Below, one piece after another: positions 16,160 to 30,340 of a DNA stretch of 64,000 bases (positions within the stretch are counted from its first letter, which is position 1; the number at the start of each line of letters is the position of its first letter). The notes under the pieces were generated by a model that was not told the DNA's origin, did not search any database, and was given only the letters and a program-made list of their open reading frames with translations. Origin of the DNA: the human T2T-CHM13v2.0 reference genome, Homo sapiens. Made by a program: the position numbers and the translations under genes. The stretch lies in NCBI RefSeq assembly GCF_009914755.1, contig NC_060933.1; one strand, 5' to 3'.

Positions 16160-19100
16160 TCAACCCGAGTGCAATGGAATGGAGTGGAATGGAATGGAAT
16201 GGAATGGAACAACCCGAATGGATTGGAATGTAATGGAGAGTAAGGGAGTTGAAAAGAATCATTCCGAAAGGAATGGAATGGAATGGAAAGGAATGGAATG
16301 GAATGGAATGGAATGCAACGGAATGGAATCTTCCGGAATGGAATGGAATGGAATGGAATGGAATGGAATGGAATGCAATGGATTCAACTGTATTGCAATG
16401 GAATGGAATAGAATGGAATGGAATGGAATGGAATGGAATGGAATGGAATGGAATTAAACCGAACAGAATGGAATGGAATGGAATGGAACGGAACAGAACG
16501 GAATGGAACGGAATGGAACGGAACGGAGTGGAATGGAATGGAATGGAATTGTATGGAATGGAATGGAATGGTATGGAATAGAATGGAATGGAAAGAATTG
16601 GAATGGAATGGTATGGAATGGAATGGAATGGAATGGAATGGAATCAACCAGAGTGCAGGGGAATGTAATGGAACGGAATGCAATGGAATGGAATCATCCG
16701 GAATGGAATGGAATGGAATGGAATGGAATGGAATGGAATGGAATCAACCTGAGAGCAATGGAATGGAGTGGAATGGAATGGAATGCAATGGAACAACCCG
16801 AATGGAATGGAATGTAATGGAGAGTAAGGGAGTTGAATAGAATCAATCCGAATGTAATGGAATGGAACGGAATGGAATGGAATGGAATGGAATGGAATGG
16901 AATGGAATGGAATGCAATGGAATGGAATCAACCCGAGTACAATGGAACGGAATGGAATGGAATGTAATGGAATGGAATGGAATGGAATGGAATGGAATGG
17001 AATCAACCCGTGTGCAATGGAATGGAGAGGAATGGAATGGAATGGAATGGAAACTACCCGAATGGAATGGAATGTAATGGAGTGTAAGGGAATTGAATAG
17101 AATCAATCCGAATGGAATGGAATGGAATGGAACGGAATGTAATGGAATGGAATGGAATGGAGTCAACCCGAGTGCAGGGGAATGGAATGGAATGGAATGC
17201 AATGGAATGGAATCATCCGGAATGGAATGGAATGGAATGCAATGGAATGGAATGGAATGGAATCAACCCGAGTGCAATGGAATGGAGTGAAATGGAATGG
17301 AATGGAATGGAAACAACCAGAATGGATTGGAATATAATGGAGTGTAAGGGAATTGAATAGAATAAATCTGAATGTAATGAAATGGAATGGAACGGAATGG
17401 AATGGAATGGAATGGAATGGAATGGAATGGAATGGAATGCAATGGAATGGAATCAATCCGAGTGCAATCGAATGGAATCGAATGGAATGAAATGCAATGG
17501 AATGAATTCAACTTGAATGGAATGGAAAGAATGGAATCAACACGAGTGGAATGGCATGGATTGGAATGGAATGGAATGGAATCAACCCGAGTACAGGGGA
17601 ATGGAATGGAATGGAATGCAATGGAATGGAATCATCCGTAATGGAATGGAAAGGAATGGAATGGAATGGAATGGAATGGAATGGAATGGAATCAACTCGA
17701 TTGCAGTCGAATGGAATGGAATGGAATTAACCGAATAGAATGGAATGGAATGGAATGGAACGGAACTGAACGGAACGGAATGGAATGGAATGGAATGGAA
17801 TGGAATGCAACGGAAAGGAAGGGAATGGAATGGAATAGAATGGAATGGAATGGAATCAACGCGAGTGCAGGGGAATGGAATGGAATGGAATGCAATGGAA
17901 TGGAATCTTCCGGAATGGAATGGAATGGAATGGAATGGAATGGAATGGAATGGAATGGAATCAACCCGAGTGCAATGGAATGGAGTGGAATGGAATGGAA
18001 TGGAATGGAACAACCCGAATGGAATGGAATGTAATGGAGAGTAAGGGAGTTGAATAGAATCAATCCGAATGAAATGGAATGGAATGGAACGGAATGGAAT
18101 TGAATGGAATGGAATGGAATGCAATGGAATGGAATCAACCCGAGTGCAACGGAAAGGAGAGGAATGGAATGGAATGGAATGGAATGGAATGGAATGGAAT
18201 CGCTCCGAGTGGAATAGGAGGGATGTTTTCGAGTGGAATGGAAAGGAATGGAATCAACTAGAGTGGAAAGGAAGAGAATGGAATGGAATGGAAACTAATA
18301 GAATGGAATCAACACGAGTGGAATGGAATGGAAAGGACTGGAATGGAATGGAATGGAATGGAATCAACTCGATTGTAATGGAATGGAATGGAATGGAATG
18401 GAATGGAATGGAATGGAATGGAATCAACCCGAGTGCAATGGAATGGAGTGGAATGGAATGGAATGGAATGGAACAACCCGAATGGATTGGAATGTAATGG
18501 AGAGTAAGGGAGTTGAAAAGAATCAATCCGAATGGAATGGAATGGAATGGAACGGAATGGAATGGAATGGAATGGAATGCAATGGAATGGAATCTTCCGG
18601 AATGGAATGGAATGGAATGGAATGGAATGGAATGGAATGGAATGCAATGGATTCAACTGTATTGCAATGGAATGGAATAGAATGGAATGGAATGGAATGG
18701 AATGGAATGGAATTAAACCGAATAGAATGGAATGGAATGGAATGGAACGGAACAGAACGGAATGGAACGGAACGGAGTGGAATGGAATGGAATGGAATTG
18801 TATGGAATGGAATGGAATGGTACGGAATAGAATGAAATGGAAAGAATTGGAATGGAATGGTATCGAATGGAATGGAATGGAATGGAATGGAATCAACCCG
18901 AGTACAGGGGAATGTAATGGAACGGAATGCAATGGAATGGAATCATCCGGAATGGAATGGAATGGAATGGAATGGAATGGAATGGAATGGAATCAACCCG
19001 AGAGCAATGGAATGGAGTGGAATGGAATGGAATGCAATGGAACAACCCGAATGGAATGGAATGTAATGGAGGGTAAGGGAGTTGAATAGAATCAATCCGA

Positions 19101-19460
19101 ATGTAATGGAATGGAACGGAATGGAATGGAATGGAATGGAATGGAACGCAATGGAATGGAATCAACCCGAGTACAATGGAACGGAATGGAATGGAATGTA
19201 ATGGTATGGAATGGAATGGAATGGAATGGAATGGAATCAACCCAAGTGCAATGGAATGGAGAGGAATGGAATGGAATGGAATGGAAACTACCCAAATGGA
19301 ATGGAATGTAATGGAGTGTAAGGGAATTGAATAGAATCAATCCGAATGGAATGGAATGGAATGGAACGGAATGTAATGGAATGGAATGGAATGGAAACAA
19401 CCAGAATGGATTGGAATATAATGGAGTGTAAGGGAATTGAATAGAACAAATCTGAATGTA
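16160..19460 (+). repeat. Local duplication, ~16.16-17.4 kb versus ~18.42-19.46 kb
   Basis: Shared variants GAACAACCCGAATGGATTGG (16207/18471), GATTCAACTGTATTGC (16381/18650), GAGAGCAATGG (~16751/~19000), GCAATGGAACAACCCG, and AAATCTGAATGTAATGAAATGG (~17364/~19448). Confidence 0.75.
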
Positions 19461-21159
19461 ATGAAATGGAATGGAACGGAATGGAATGGAATGGAATGGA
19501 ATGGAATGGAATGGAATCAACCCGACTGCAGGGGAATGGAATGGAATGGAATGCAATGAAATGGATTCAACTTGAATGGAATGGAAAGAATGGAATCAAC
19601 ACGAGTGGAATGGCATGGATTGGAATGGAATGGAATGGAATCAACCCGAGTACAGGGGAATGGAATGGAATGGAATGCAATGGAATGGAATCATCCGTAA
19701 TGGAATGGAATGGAATGGAATGGAATGGAATGGAATGGAATGGAATGGAATGGAATCAACTCGATTGCAATCGAATGGAATGGAATGGAATGAACCAGAA
19801 TAGAATGGAATGGAATGGAATGGAACGGAACGGAATGGAATGGAATGGAATGGAACGGAACGGAATGTAATAGAATGGAATGGAATGGAATGGAATGGAA
19901 TTAATCCGAATAAAATGGAATGGAATGGAATGGAATGGAATGGAATGGAATGGTATGGTATGGAATGGAATGGAATGGTACGGAATAGAATGGAATGGAA
20001 CGAATTGTAATGGAATGGAATTGAATGGAATGGAATGGAATGGAATGGAATCAACGCGAGTGCAGGGGAATGTAATGGAACGGAATACAATGGAACGGAA
20101 TCATCCGGAAAGGAATGGAATGGAATGGAATCAACCCGAGTGCAATGGAATGGAGTGGAATGGAATGGAATGGAATGGAACAACCCGAATGGAATGGAAT
20201 GTAATGGAGAGTAAGGGAGTTTAATAGAATCAATCCGAATGTAATGGAATGGAATGCAACGGAATGGAATGGAATGGAATGCAATGGAATTGAATCAACC
20301 CGAGTACAATGGAATGGAATGGAATGGAATGGAATGGAATGGAATGGAATGGAATGATACGGAATAGAATGGAATGGAACGAAATGGAATGGAATGGAAT
20401 GGAATGGAATGGAATCAACACGATTGCAATGGAATGGAATGGAATGGAATTAACCCGAAAAGAATGGAATGGAATGGAATGGAATGGAATGGAATGGAAT
20501 GGAATGGAATGGAATGGAATGGAACGGAACGGAATGGAATGGAATGGAATGGAATGGAATCAACGCGAGTGCAGGGGAATGGAATTGAATGGAAAGCAAT
20601 GGAATGCAATCTTCCGGAATGGAATGGAATGGAATGGAATGGAATGAAATGCAATGGACTCAACTCGATTGCAATGGAATGTAATAGAATGGGATGGAAT
20701 GGAATGGAATGGAATTAACCCGAATAGAATGGAATGGAATGGAATGGAATGGAATGGAATGGAACGGAATGGAACGGAATGGAACGGAATCGAATGGAAT
20801 GGAATGGAAAGGAATGGAATGGAATGGTATGGAATGGAATGGAATGGTACGGAATAGAATGGAATGGAAATAATTGTAATGGAATGGAATTGAATGGAAT
20901 GGAATGGAATGGAATGTAATCAACGCGAGTGCAGGGGAATGTAATGGAACGGAATGCAATGGAATGGAATCATCTGGAATGAAATGGAATGGAATGGAAT
21001 GGAACGGAATCAACCCGAGTGCAATGGAATGGAGTGGAATGGCATGGAATGGAATGGAACAACCCGAATGGAATGGAATGTAATGGAGAGTAAGGGAGTT
21101 GAATAGAATCAATTCGAATGTAATGGAATGGAATGCAACGGAATGGAATGGAATGGAAT

Positions 21160-24100
21160 GCAATGGAATGGAAAGGAATGGAATGCAAAGGAATGGAATC
21201 AACCCGAGTGGAATGGCATGGAATGGAATGCAATGGATTGGAATGGAATGGAATCAACTCGAGTGGAAAGGAATGGAATGGAATGGAAAGGAGTGGAATG
21301 AAGTCAACTCGTGTGGAATGGAATTGAATGGAATGGATTGGAATGGATTGCAATGGAATGAAATAGAATGGAATGGAATGGAATCAATCATTCCGAGTGG
21401 AATGGAAGGGAATGTAATGGAGTGGAAAGAAGGGAATGGAATCAACCCGAGTGGAATGGCATGGAATTGAGTGGAATGGAATTGAATGGAAGGGAATGGT
21501 ACGGAATAGAATGGAATGGAACGAAATGGAATGGAATGGAATGGAATGGAATGGAATGGAATGAACCCGTGTGCAATTGAATGGAATCGAATGGAATGGA
21601 ATGCAATGGAATGGATTCAACTAGAATGGAATGGAAAGGAATGGAATCAACCCGAGTGGAATGGCATGGCATGGAATGGAATGGAATGGAATGGAAAGGA
21701 ATGGTACGGAATAGAATGGAATGGAACGAAATGGAATGGAATGGAATGGAATGGAAAGGAATGGAATGGAATAGAATGGAATCCACCCGATTGCAGGGGA
21801 ATGGAATGGAATGGAATGGAATGGAATGGAATGGAATGGATTCAACCCGAATGGAATGGAAAGGAATGGAATAAACCCGAGTGGATTGGCATGGAATGGA
21901 ATGGAACGGAATGGAATGGTAGGGAATAGAATGGAATGGAACGAAATGGAATGGAATGGAATGGAATGGAATGGAATGGAATGGAATGGAATGGAATCAA
22001 CCTGAGTGCAATGGAATGGAGTGGAAGGGAATGTAATGGAACGGAAACAACACGAATGGAATGGAATGTAATGGAGTGTAAAGGAATTGAATACAATCAA
22101 TCCGAATGTAATGGAATGGAATGGAACGGAATGGAATGGAATGGAATGGAATGGAATGGAACAGAATGGAATGGAATGGAATGCAGTGGAATGGAATCAA
22201 ACCTAGTGCAATGGAATGGAATGGAATGGAATGGAATGGAATGGATTGGATTCAACCCAAATGGAATGGAAAGCAATAGAATCAACCCGAGTGGAATGGC
22301 ATGGAATGGAATGGAATGGAATGGAATGGAATGGTACGGAATAGAATGGAATGGAACGAAATGGAATGGAATGGAATGGAATGGAACGGAATGGAATGGA
22401 ATCAACTCGATTGCAATGGAATGTAATGGAATGGAATGGAATTAACGCGAATAGAATGGAATGGAATGGAATGGAACGGAATGGAATGGAATGGGATGGA
22501 ATGGAATCAATCTGAGTGCAGGGGAATGGAATGGAATGGAATGCAATGGAATGGAATCTAATGGAATGGAATGCAATGGAATGGAATGGAATGGAATGGA
22601 ATGCAATGGAATCAACTCGATTGCAATTGGATGGAATGGAATGGAATGGAATGGAATGGAAGGGAATGGAATGGAATGGAATTAACCTGAACAGAATGGA
22701 ATGGAATGGAATGGAACGGAATGGAATGGAATGGAATGGAATGGAATCAACCCGATTGCAATGGAATGGAGTGGAATGGAATGGAATGGAATGGAAACAA
22801 CCCGAATGGAATGGAATGTAATGGAGTGTAAGGGAATTGAATAGAATCAATCCGAATGTAATGGAATGGAATGGAATCGAAAGGAATGGAATGGAATGGA
22901 ATGGTTTCAACCCGAATGGAATGGAAAGGAATGGAATCATCCCGAGTGGAATGGAATGCAATGGAATGGAATGGAATGGAATGGAATGGAATGGAATGAA
23001 CCCGTGTGCAATGGAATGGAATCGAATGGAATGGAATGGAATGGAATGGATTCAAGTCGAATGGAATGGAAAGGAATGGAATCAACCCGAGTGGAATGGC
23101 ATGGAATGGAATGGAATGAAATGGAATGGAATGGAATGGAATGGTACGGAATAGAACGGAATGAAACGAAATGGAATGGAATGGAATGGAATGGAAAGGA
23201 ATGGAATGGAATCAACCCGAGTGCAGGGGAATGGAATGGAATGGAAGGCAATGGAATGCAATCATCCGGAATTGAATGGAATGGAATGGAATGGAATGGA
23301 ATCAACTCGATTGCAATGGAATGTAATGGAATGGAATGGAATGGAATTAACCCTAATAGAATGGAATGGAATGGAATGGAATGGAATGGAATGGAATGGA
23401 ATGAAATGGAATCAACTCGATTTCAATGGAATGGAATGGAATGCAATGCAATGGAATGGAATGGAATGGAATGAAATTAACCCGAATAGAATGGAATGGA
23501 CTGGAATGGAATGGAATGGAATGGAATGGAATGGAATGGAATAGAGTGGAATGGAATGGAATGGAATAGAATGGAATCCACCCGAGTGCAGGGGAATGGA
23601 ATGGAATGGAATGCAATGGAATGGAATCATACGTAATGGAATGGAATGGAATGGAATGGAATCAACCTGATTGCAATGGAATGGAGTGGAATGGAATGGA
23701 ATGGAATGGAATGGAAACAACCCGAATGGAATGGAATGGAATGGAGTGTAAGGGAAGTGAATAGAATCAATACGAATGTAATGGAATGGAAAGGAACGGA
23801 ATGGAATGCAATGGAATGGAATGGAATCCAATGGAATGGGTTCAACCCGAGTGCAATGGAATGGAATCGAAAGTAATGGAATGGAATGGAATGGATTCAA
23901 CACCAATGGAATGGAAAGGAATGGAATCAACCCGAGTGGAATGGAATTTAATGGAATGGAATGGAATGGAATGCAGTGAAATGGAATCAAACCTAGTGCA
24001 ATGGAATGGAATGGAATGGAATGGAATGGAATGGATTAGATTCAACCCAAATGGAATGGAAAGCAATGGAATCAACCCGAGTGGAATGGCATGGCATGGA

Positions 24101-27100
24101 ATGGAATGGAATGGAATGGAATGGAAGGGTACGGAATAGAATGGAATGGAACGAAATGGAATGGAATGGAATGGAATGGAATGGAATGGAATGGAATGAA
24201 ATGGAATAGAATGGAATCCACCCGATTGCAGGGGAATGGAATGGAATGGAATGCAATGGAATGGAATGGAATTGATTCAACCCGCATGGAATGGAAAGGA
24301 AAGGAATAAACCCGAGTGAAATGGCATGGAAGGGAATGGAATGGAATGCAATGGTACGGAGTAGAATGGAATGGAACGAAATGGAATGGAATGGAATGGA
24401 ATGGAATGGAATTGGATGGAATGAACACGTGAGCAATGGAATGGAATGGAATGGAATGGAATGGAATGGAATGGAATGGGTTCAACTCCAATGGAATGGA
24501 AAGGAATGGAATCAACCCGAGTGGAATGGCATGGAATGGAATGGAATGGAATGGAATGGAATGGAATGGAATGGATTCAACCCGAATGGAATGGATTCAA
24601 CCCGAATGGAATGGAAAGGAATGGAATAAACCCGAGTGGAATGGCATGGAATGGAGTGGAATGGAATGGAATGGAGTGGAATGGAATGGAATGGAAGGGA
24701 ATGGTACGGAATAGAATGGAATGGAACGAAATGGAATGGAATGGAATGGAATGGAATGGAATGGAATGAACCCGTGTGCAATTGAATGGAATCGAATGGA
24801 ATGGAATGCAATGGAATGGATTCAACTAGAATGGAATGGAAAGGAATGGAATCAACTCGAGTGGAATGGCATGGCATGGAATGGAATGGAATGGAATGGA
24901 ATGGAATGGAAAGGTACGGAATAGAATGGAATGGAACGAAATGGAATGGAATGGAATGGAATGAATGGAATGGAGTGGAATAGAATGGAATCCACCCGAT
25001 TGCAGGGGAATGGAATGGAACGGAATGCAATGGAATGGAATGGAATGGATTCAACCCGAATGGAATGGAAAGGAATGGAATCAACCCGAGTGGAATGGCA
25101 TGGAATGGAATGGAATGGAATGGAATGGAATGGTACGGAATAGAACGGAATGGAACGAAATGGAATGGAATGGAATGGAATGGAATGGAATGGAATGGAA
25201 TGGAATGGAATGGAATGGAATCAACCTGAGTGCAATGGAATGGAGTCGAATGGAATGTAATGGAACGGAAACAACCCGAATGGAATGGAATGTAATGGAG
25301 TGTAAGGGAATTGAATAAAATCAATCCGAATGTAATGGAATGGAATGGAACGGAATGGAATGAAATGGAATGGAATGGAATGGAATGGAATGGAATGAAA
25401 TGGAATGGCAGGGAATGGAATGGAATCAACCCGAGTGCAAAGGAATGGAATGGAATGGAATGGAATGCAATCGAATGGAATGGATTCAACCCGAATGGAA
25501 TGGAAAGGAATGTAATAAACCTGAGTGGAATGGCATGGAATGGAATGGAATGGAATGGAATGGTACGGAATAGAATGGAATGGAACGAAATGGAATGGGA
25601 TGGAATGGAATGGAATGGAATCAACCTGAGTGCAATGGAATGGAGTAGAATGGAATGTAATGGAATGGAAACAACACGAATGGAATGGAATGTAATGGAG
25701 TGTAAGGGAATTGAGTACAATCAGTACGAATGTAATGGAATGGAATGGAACGGAATGGAATGGAATGGAAAGGAATGGAATCAACACGAGTGCAGGGGAA
25801 TGGAATGGAATGGAATGCAATGGAATGGAATCATCCTGAATGGAATGGAATGCAATGGAATGGAATCAATCAACCCGAGTGCAATAGAATGCAGAGGAAT
25901 GGAATGGAATGGAATGGAAACTACCCGAATGGAATGGAATGTAATGGAGTGTAAGGGAATTAAAAAGAATCAATCCGAATGTAATGGAATTGAACGGAAA
26001 TGAATGGAATGGAATGGAACGGAATGGAATGGAATGGAATGAAATGGAATGGCATGGAATGGAATGGAATCAACCCGAGTTCAATGCAATGGAATGGAAT
26101 GGAATGGAATGGAATGGAATGGAATGGAATGGATTCAACCCGAATGGAATGGAAAGGAATGGAATAAACCCGAGTGAAATGGCATGGAAGGGAACGGAAT
26201 GGAATGGAATGGTAAGGAATAGAATGGAATGGAACGAAATGGAATGGAATGGAATGGAATGGAATGGAATGGAATGGAATGGAAAGGAATGAACCCGTGT
26301 GCAAAGGAATGGAATGGAATGGAATGGAATGGAATGGAATAGAATGGAATGGGTTCAACTGGAATGGAATGGAAAGGAATGGAATCAACCCGAGTGCAAT
26401 GGAATGGAGTGGAATGGAATGGAATGGAATGGAATCAACCCGAGTGCAATGGAATGGAATGGAATGGAATGGAATGGAATGGAATGGAATGGAATGAATT
26501 CAACCCGAATGGAATGGAAAGGAATGGAATAAACCCGAGTGGAATGGCATGGAATGGAGTGGAATGGAATGGAATGGAATGGTAGGGAAGAGAATGGAAT
26601 GGAACGAAATGGAATGAAATGGAATAGAATGGAATGGAATGGAATGGAATGGAATGGAATGAACCCGTGAGCAATGGAATGGAATCGAATGGAATGGAAT
26701 CGAATGGAATGGATTCAACTCGAATGGAATGGAAAGTAATGGAATCAACCCGAGTGGAATGGCATGGAATGGAATCGAATGGAATGGAAAGGAATGGAAT
26801 CAACCCGATTGCAGAGGAATGGAATGGAATGGAAGGCAATGGATTGGAATGAAATGGAATGGCATGGAATGGAATGGAATCAACCCGAGTTCAATGGAAT
26901 TGAATGGAATGGAATGGAATGGAATGGAATGGAATAAACTCGATTGCAAAGGAATGGAATGGAATGGAATGGAATGGAATGGAATGGAATGGAATGGAAT
27001 TAACCCTAATAGAATGGAATGGAATGGAATAGAATGGAATGGAATGGAAGGGAATGGAATGGAATGGAATGGAATTAACCCGAATAGAATGGAATGGAAT

Positions 27101-28600
27101 GGAATTGAATGGAATGGAATGGAATGGAATCAACTCGATTTCAATGGAATGGAATGGAATGGAATGGAATGGAATAGAATGGAATCCACCCGAGTGCAGG
27201 GGAATGGAATGGAATAGAATGCAATGGAATGGAATCATACGGAATGCAATGGAATGGAATGGAATTGAATGGAATGGAAAGGAATGGAAACAACCCGAAT
27301 GGAATGGAATGTGATGGATTGTAAGGGAATTGAATAGAATCAATCCGAATGTAATGGAATTGAATGGAACGGAATGGAATGGAATGGAATGGAATGGAAT
27401 GGAATGGAATGGAATGCAAAGGAATGGGATCAACCCGAGTGCAATGGAATGGAATCGAAAGGAATGGAATGGAATGGAAAGGCTTCACCCCGAATGGAAT
27501 GGAAAGGAATGGAATCAACCCGAGTTGAATGGAATGGAATGGAATGGAATGGAATGGAATGGAATGGAATGGAATGCAATGGAATGGAACGGAATGGAAT
27601 CAACCCGATTGCAATGAAACTGAATGGAATGGAATGGAATGGAATGGAATTAACCCAAATAGAATGGAATGGAATGGAATGGAATGGTATGGAATGCAAT
27701 GGAACGGAATGGAATTGAATGGAATTGAATGGAATCAACCCGGGTGCAAGGGAATGCAATTGAATGGAAGGCAATGGAATGCAATCATCCGAAATGGAAT
27801 AGAATTGAATGGAATGGAATGGTTTCAACCCGAATGGAATGGAATGGAAAGGAATCAACCCGAGTGGAATGGCATGGAATGGAATGGAATGGAATGGAAT
27901 GGAATGGTATGGAATAGAATGGAATGGAACGAAATGGAATGGAAGGGAATGGAATGGAATGGAATGGAATCAACCCGACAGCAATGGAATGGAGTGGAAT
28001 GGAATGGAATGGAATGGAAACAACCCGAATGGAATGGAATGTAATGGAGTGTAAGGGAATTGAATACAATCAATACGAATGTAATGGAATGGAATGGAAC
28101 GGAATGGAATGGAATGGAATGGAATGCAATGGAATGGAATGGATTCAACCCAAATGGAATGGAAAGCAATGGAATCAACCCGAGTGGAATGGCATGGAAC
28201 GGAATGGAATGGAATGGTATGGAATAGAATGGAATGGAAAGAAATGGAATGGAATGGAATGGAATGGAACGGAATGGAATGGAAAGGAATGGAATGGAAT
28301 AGAATGGAATAGAATGGAATGGAACGAAATGGAATGGAATGGAACGGAATGGAATGGAATCAATCCGAGTGGAATAGAAGGGAATGCAATCGAGTAGAAT
28401 GGAAAGGAATGGAATCAACCAGAGTGGAATGGAAGGGAATGGAATGGAATGGAATGGAATGGAATGGAATGGAATGGAATGGAATGGAATGGAATGGAAT
28501 CAAGTCGATTGCAATGGAAGGTAATGGAATGGAGTGGAATGGAATTAACGCGAATAGAATGGAATGGAATGGAATGGAATGGAATGGAATCAACCTGAGT
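21160..28600 (+). repeat. Divergent HSat3 sub-type block ('type B') embedded in the main array
   Basis: Different vocabulary: GGATTCAACCCGAATGG, CAACCCGAGTGGAATGGCATGG, ATCCACCCGATTGCAGGGG, GAATGAACCCGTGTGCAA, CAAACCTAGTGC, CAACTCGATTTCAATGG. The flanking modules GAGAGTAAGGGAGTTG, CTTCCGG, CAACGCGAG and CAACTTGAATGG...GAAAGAATGG were not seen inside it. Boundaries approximate. Confidence 0.8.
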
Positions 28601-29099
28601 GCAGGGGAATGGAATGCAATGGAATGCAATGGAATGCAAAGGAATGGAATGGAATGGAATGGAATCAACGCGAGTACAGGGGAATGGAATTTAATGGAAT
28701 GCAATGGAATGGAATCTTCCGGAATGGAATGGAATGGAATGGAATCAACCCGAGTGCAATGGAATGGAGAGGAATGGAATGGAATGGAATGGAACAACCC
28801 GAATGGAATCGAATGTAATGGAGAGTAAGGGAGTTGAATAGAATCAATCCGAATGTAATGGAATGGAATGGAACGGAATGGAATTGAATGGTATCGAATG
28901 GAATGCAATGGAATGGAATCAACCCGAGTGCAATGGAATGGAGAGGAAAGGAATGGAATGGAATGGAAACTACCCGAATGGAATGGAATGTAATGGAGTG
29001 TAAGGGAATTGAATAGAATCAATCCGAATGTAATGGAATGGAATGGAACGGAATGGAATGGAATGGAATGGAATGGAATGGAATGGAATACAATGGAAT

Positions 29100-30340
29100 G
29101 GAATCAACCCGAGTGCAATCGAATGGAATCGAATGTAATGGAATGCAATGGAATGGATTCAACTTGAATGGAATGGAAAGAATGGAATCAATACGAGTGG
29201 AATGGCATGGATTGGAATGGAATGGAATTGAATCAACCCGAGTACAGGGGAATGGAATGGAATGGAATGCAATGGAATGGAATCATCCGTAATGTAATGG
29301 AAAGGAATGGAATGGAATGGAATGGAATGGAACGGAATGGAATGGAATGGAATGGAATCAACTCGATTGCAATCGAATGGAATGGAATGGAATTAACCCA
29401 AATAGAATGGAATGGAATGGAATGGAACGGAACGGAATGGAATGCAATGGAATAGAATAGAATGGAATGGAACGGAACGGAACGGAATGGAATGGAATGG
29501 AATGGAATGGAATGGAATCAACGCGAGTGCAGGGAAATAGAATGGTATGGAATGCAATGGAATGGAATCTTCCGGAATGGAATGGAATGGAATGGAATGG
29601 CATGAAATGCAATGGATTCAACTCGATTGCAATGGAATGGAATAGAATGGAATGGAATGGAATGGAATGGAATTAACCCGAATAGAATGGAATGGAATGG
29701 AATGGAACGGAATGGAACGGAATGGAATGGAATGGAATGGAATGGAATGGTATGGAATGGAATGGAATGTTATGGAATGGAATGGAATGGAATCAACCCG
29801 AGTGCAATGGAATGGAGTGGAATGGAATGGAATGGAATGGAACAACCCGAATGGAATGGAATGTAATGGAGAGTAAGGGAGTTGAATAGAATCAGTCCGA
29901 ATGTAATGGAATGGAATGCAACGGAATGGAATGGAATGGAATGGAATGGAATGCAATGGAATGGAATCAACCCGAGTGCAATCGAATGGAATCGAATGGA
30001 ATGGAATGCAATGGAATGGATTCAACTTGAATGGAATGGAAACAATGGAATCAATACGAGTGGAATGGCATGGATTGGAATGGAATGGAATGGAATCAAC
30101 CTGAGTACAGGGGAATGGAATGGAATGGAATGCAATGGAATGGAATCATCCGTAATGTAATGGAAAGGAATGGAATGGAATGGAATGGAATGGAATGGAA
30201 TGGAATGGAATCAACTCGATTGCAATCGAATGGAATGGAATGGAATTAACCCAAATAGAATGGAATGGAATGGAATGGAACGGAACGGAATGGAATGGAA
30301 TGGAATGGAATGGAATGGAATGGAATGGAATCAACGCGAG
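29100..30340 (+). repeat. Adjacent tandem duplication of the ~0.86 kb module cycle
   Basis: Variants CAATACGAG (29189/30052), CATCCGTAATGTAATGG (29284/30146) and TTAACCCAAATAG (~29393/~30246) recur at 853-863 bp offset. Confidence 0.75.
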
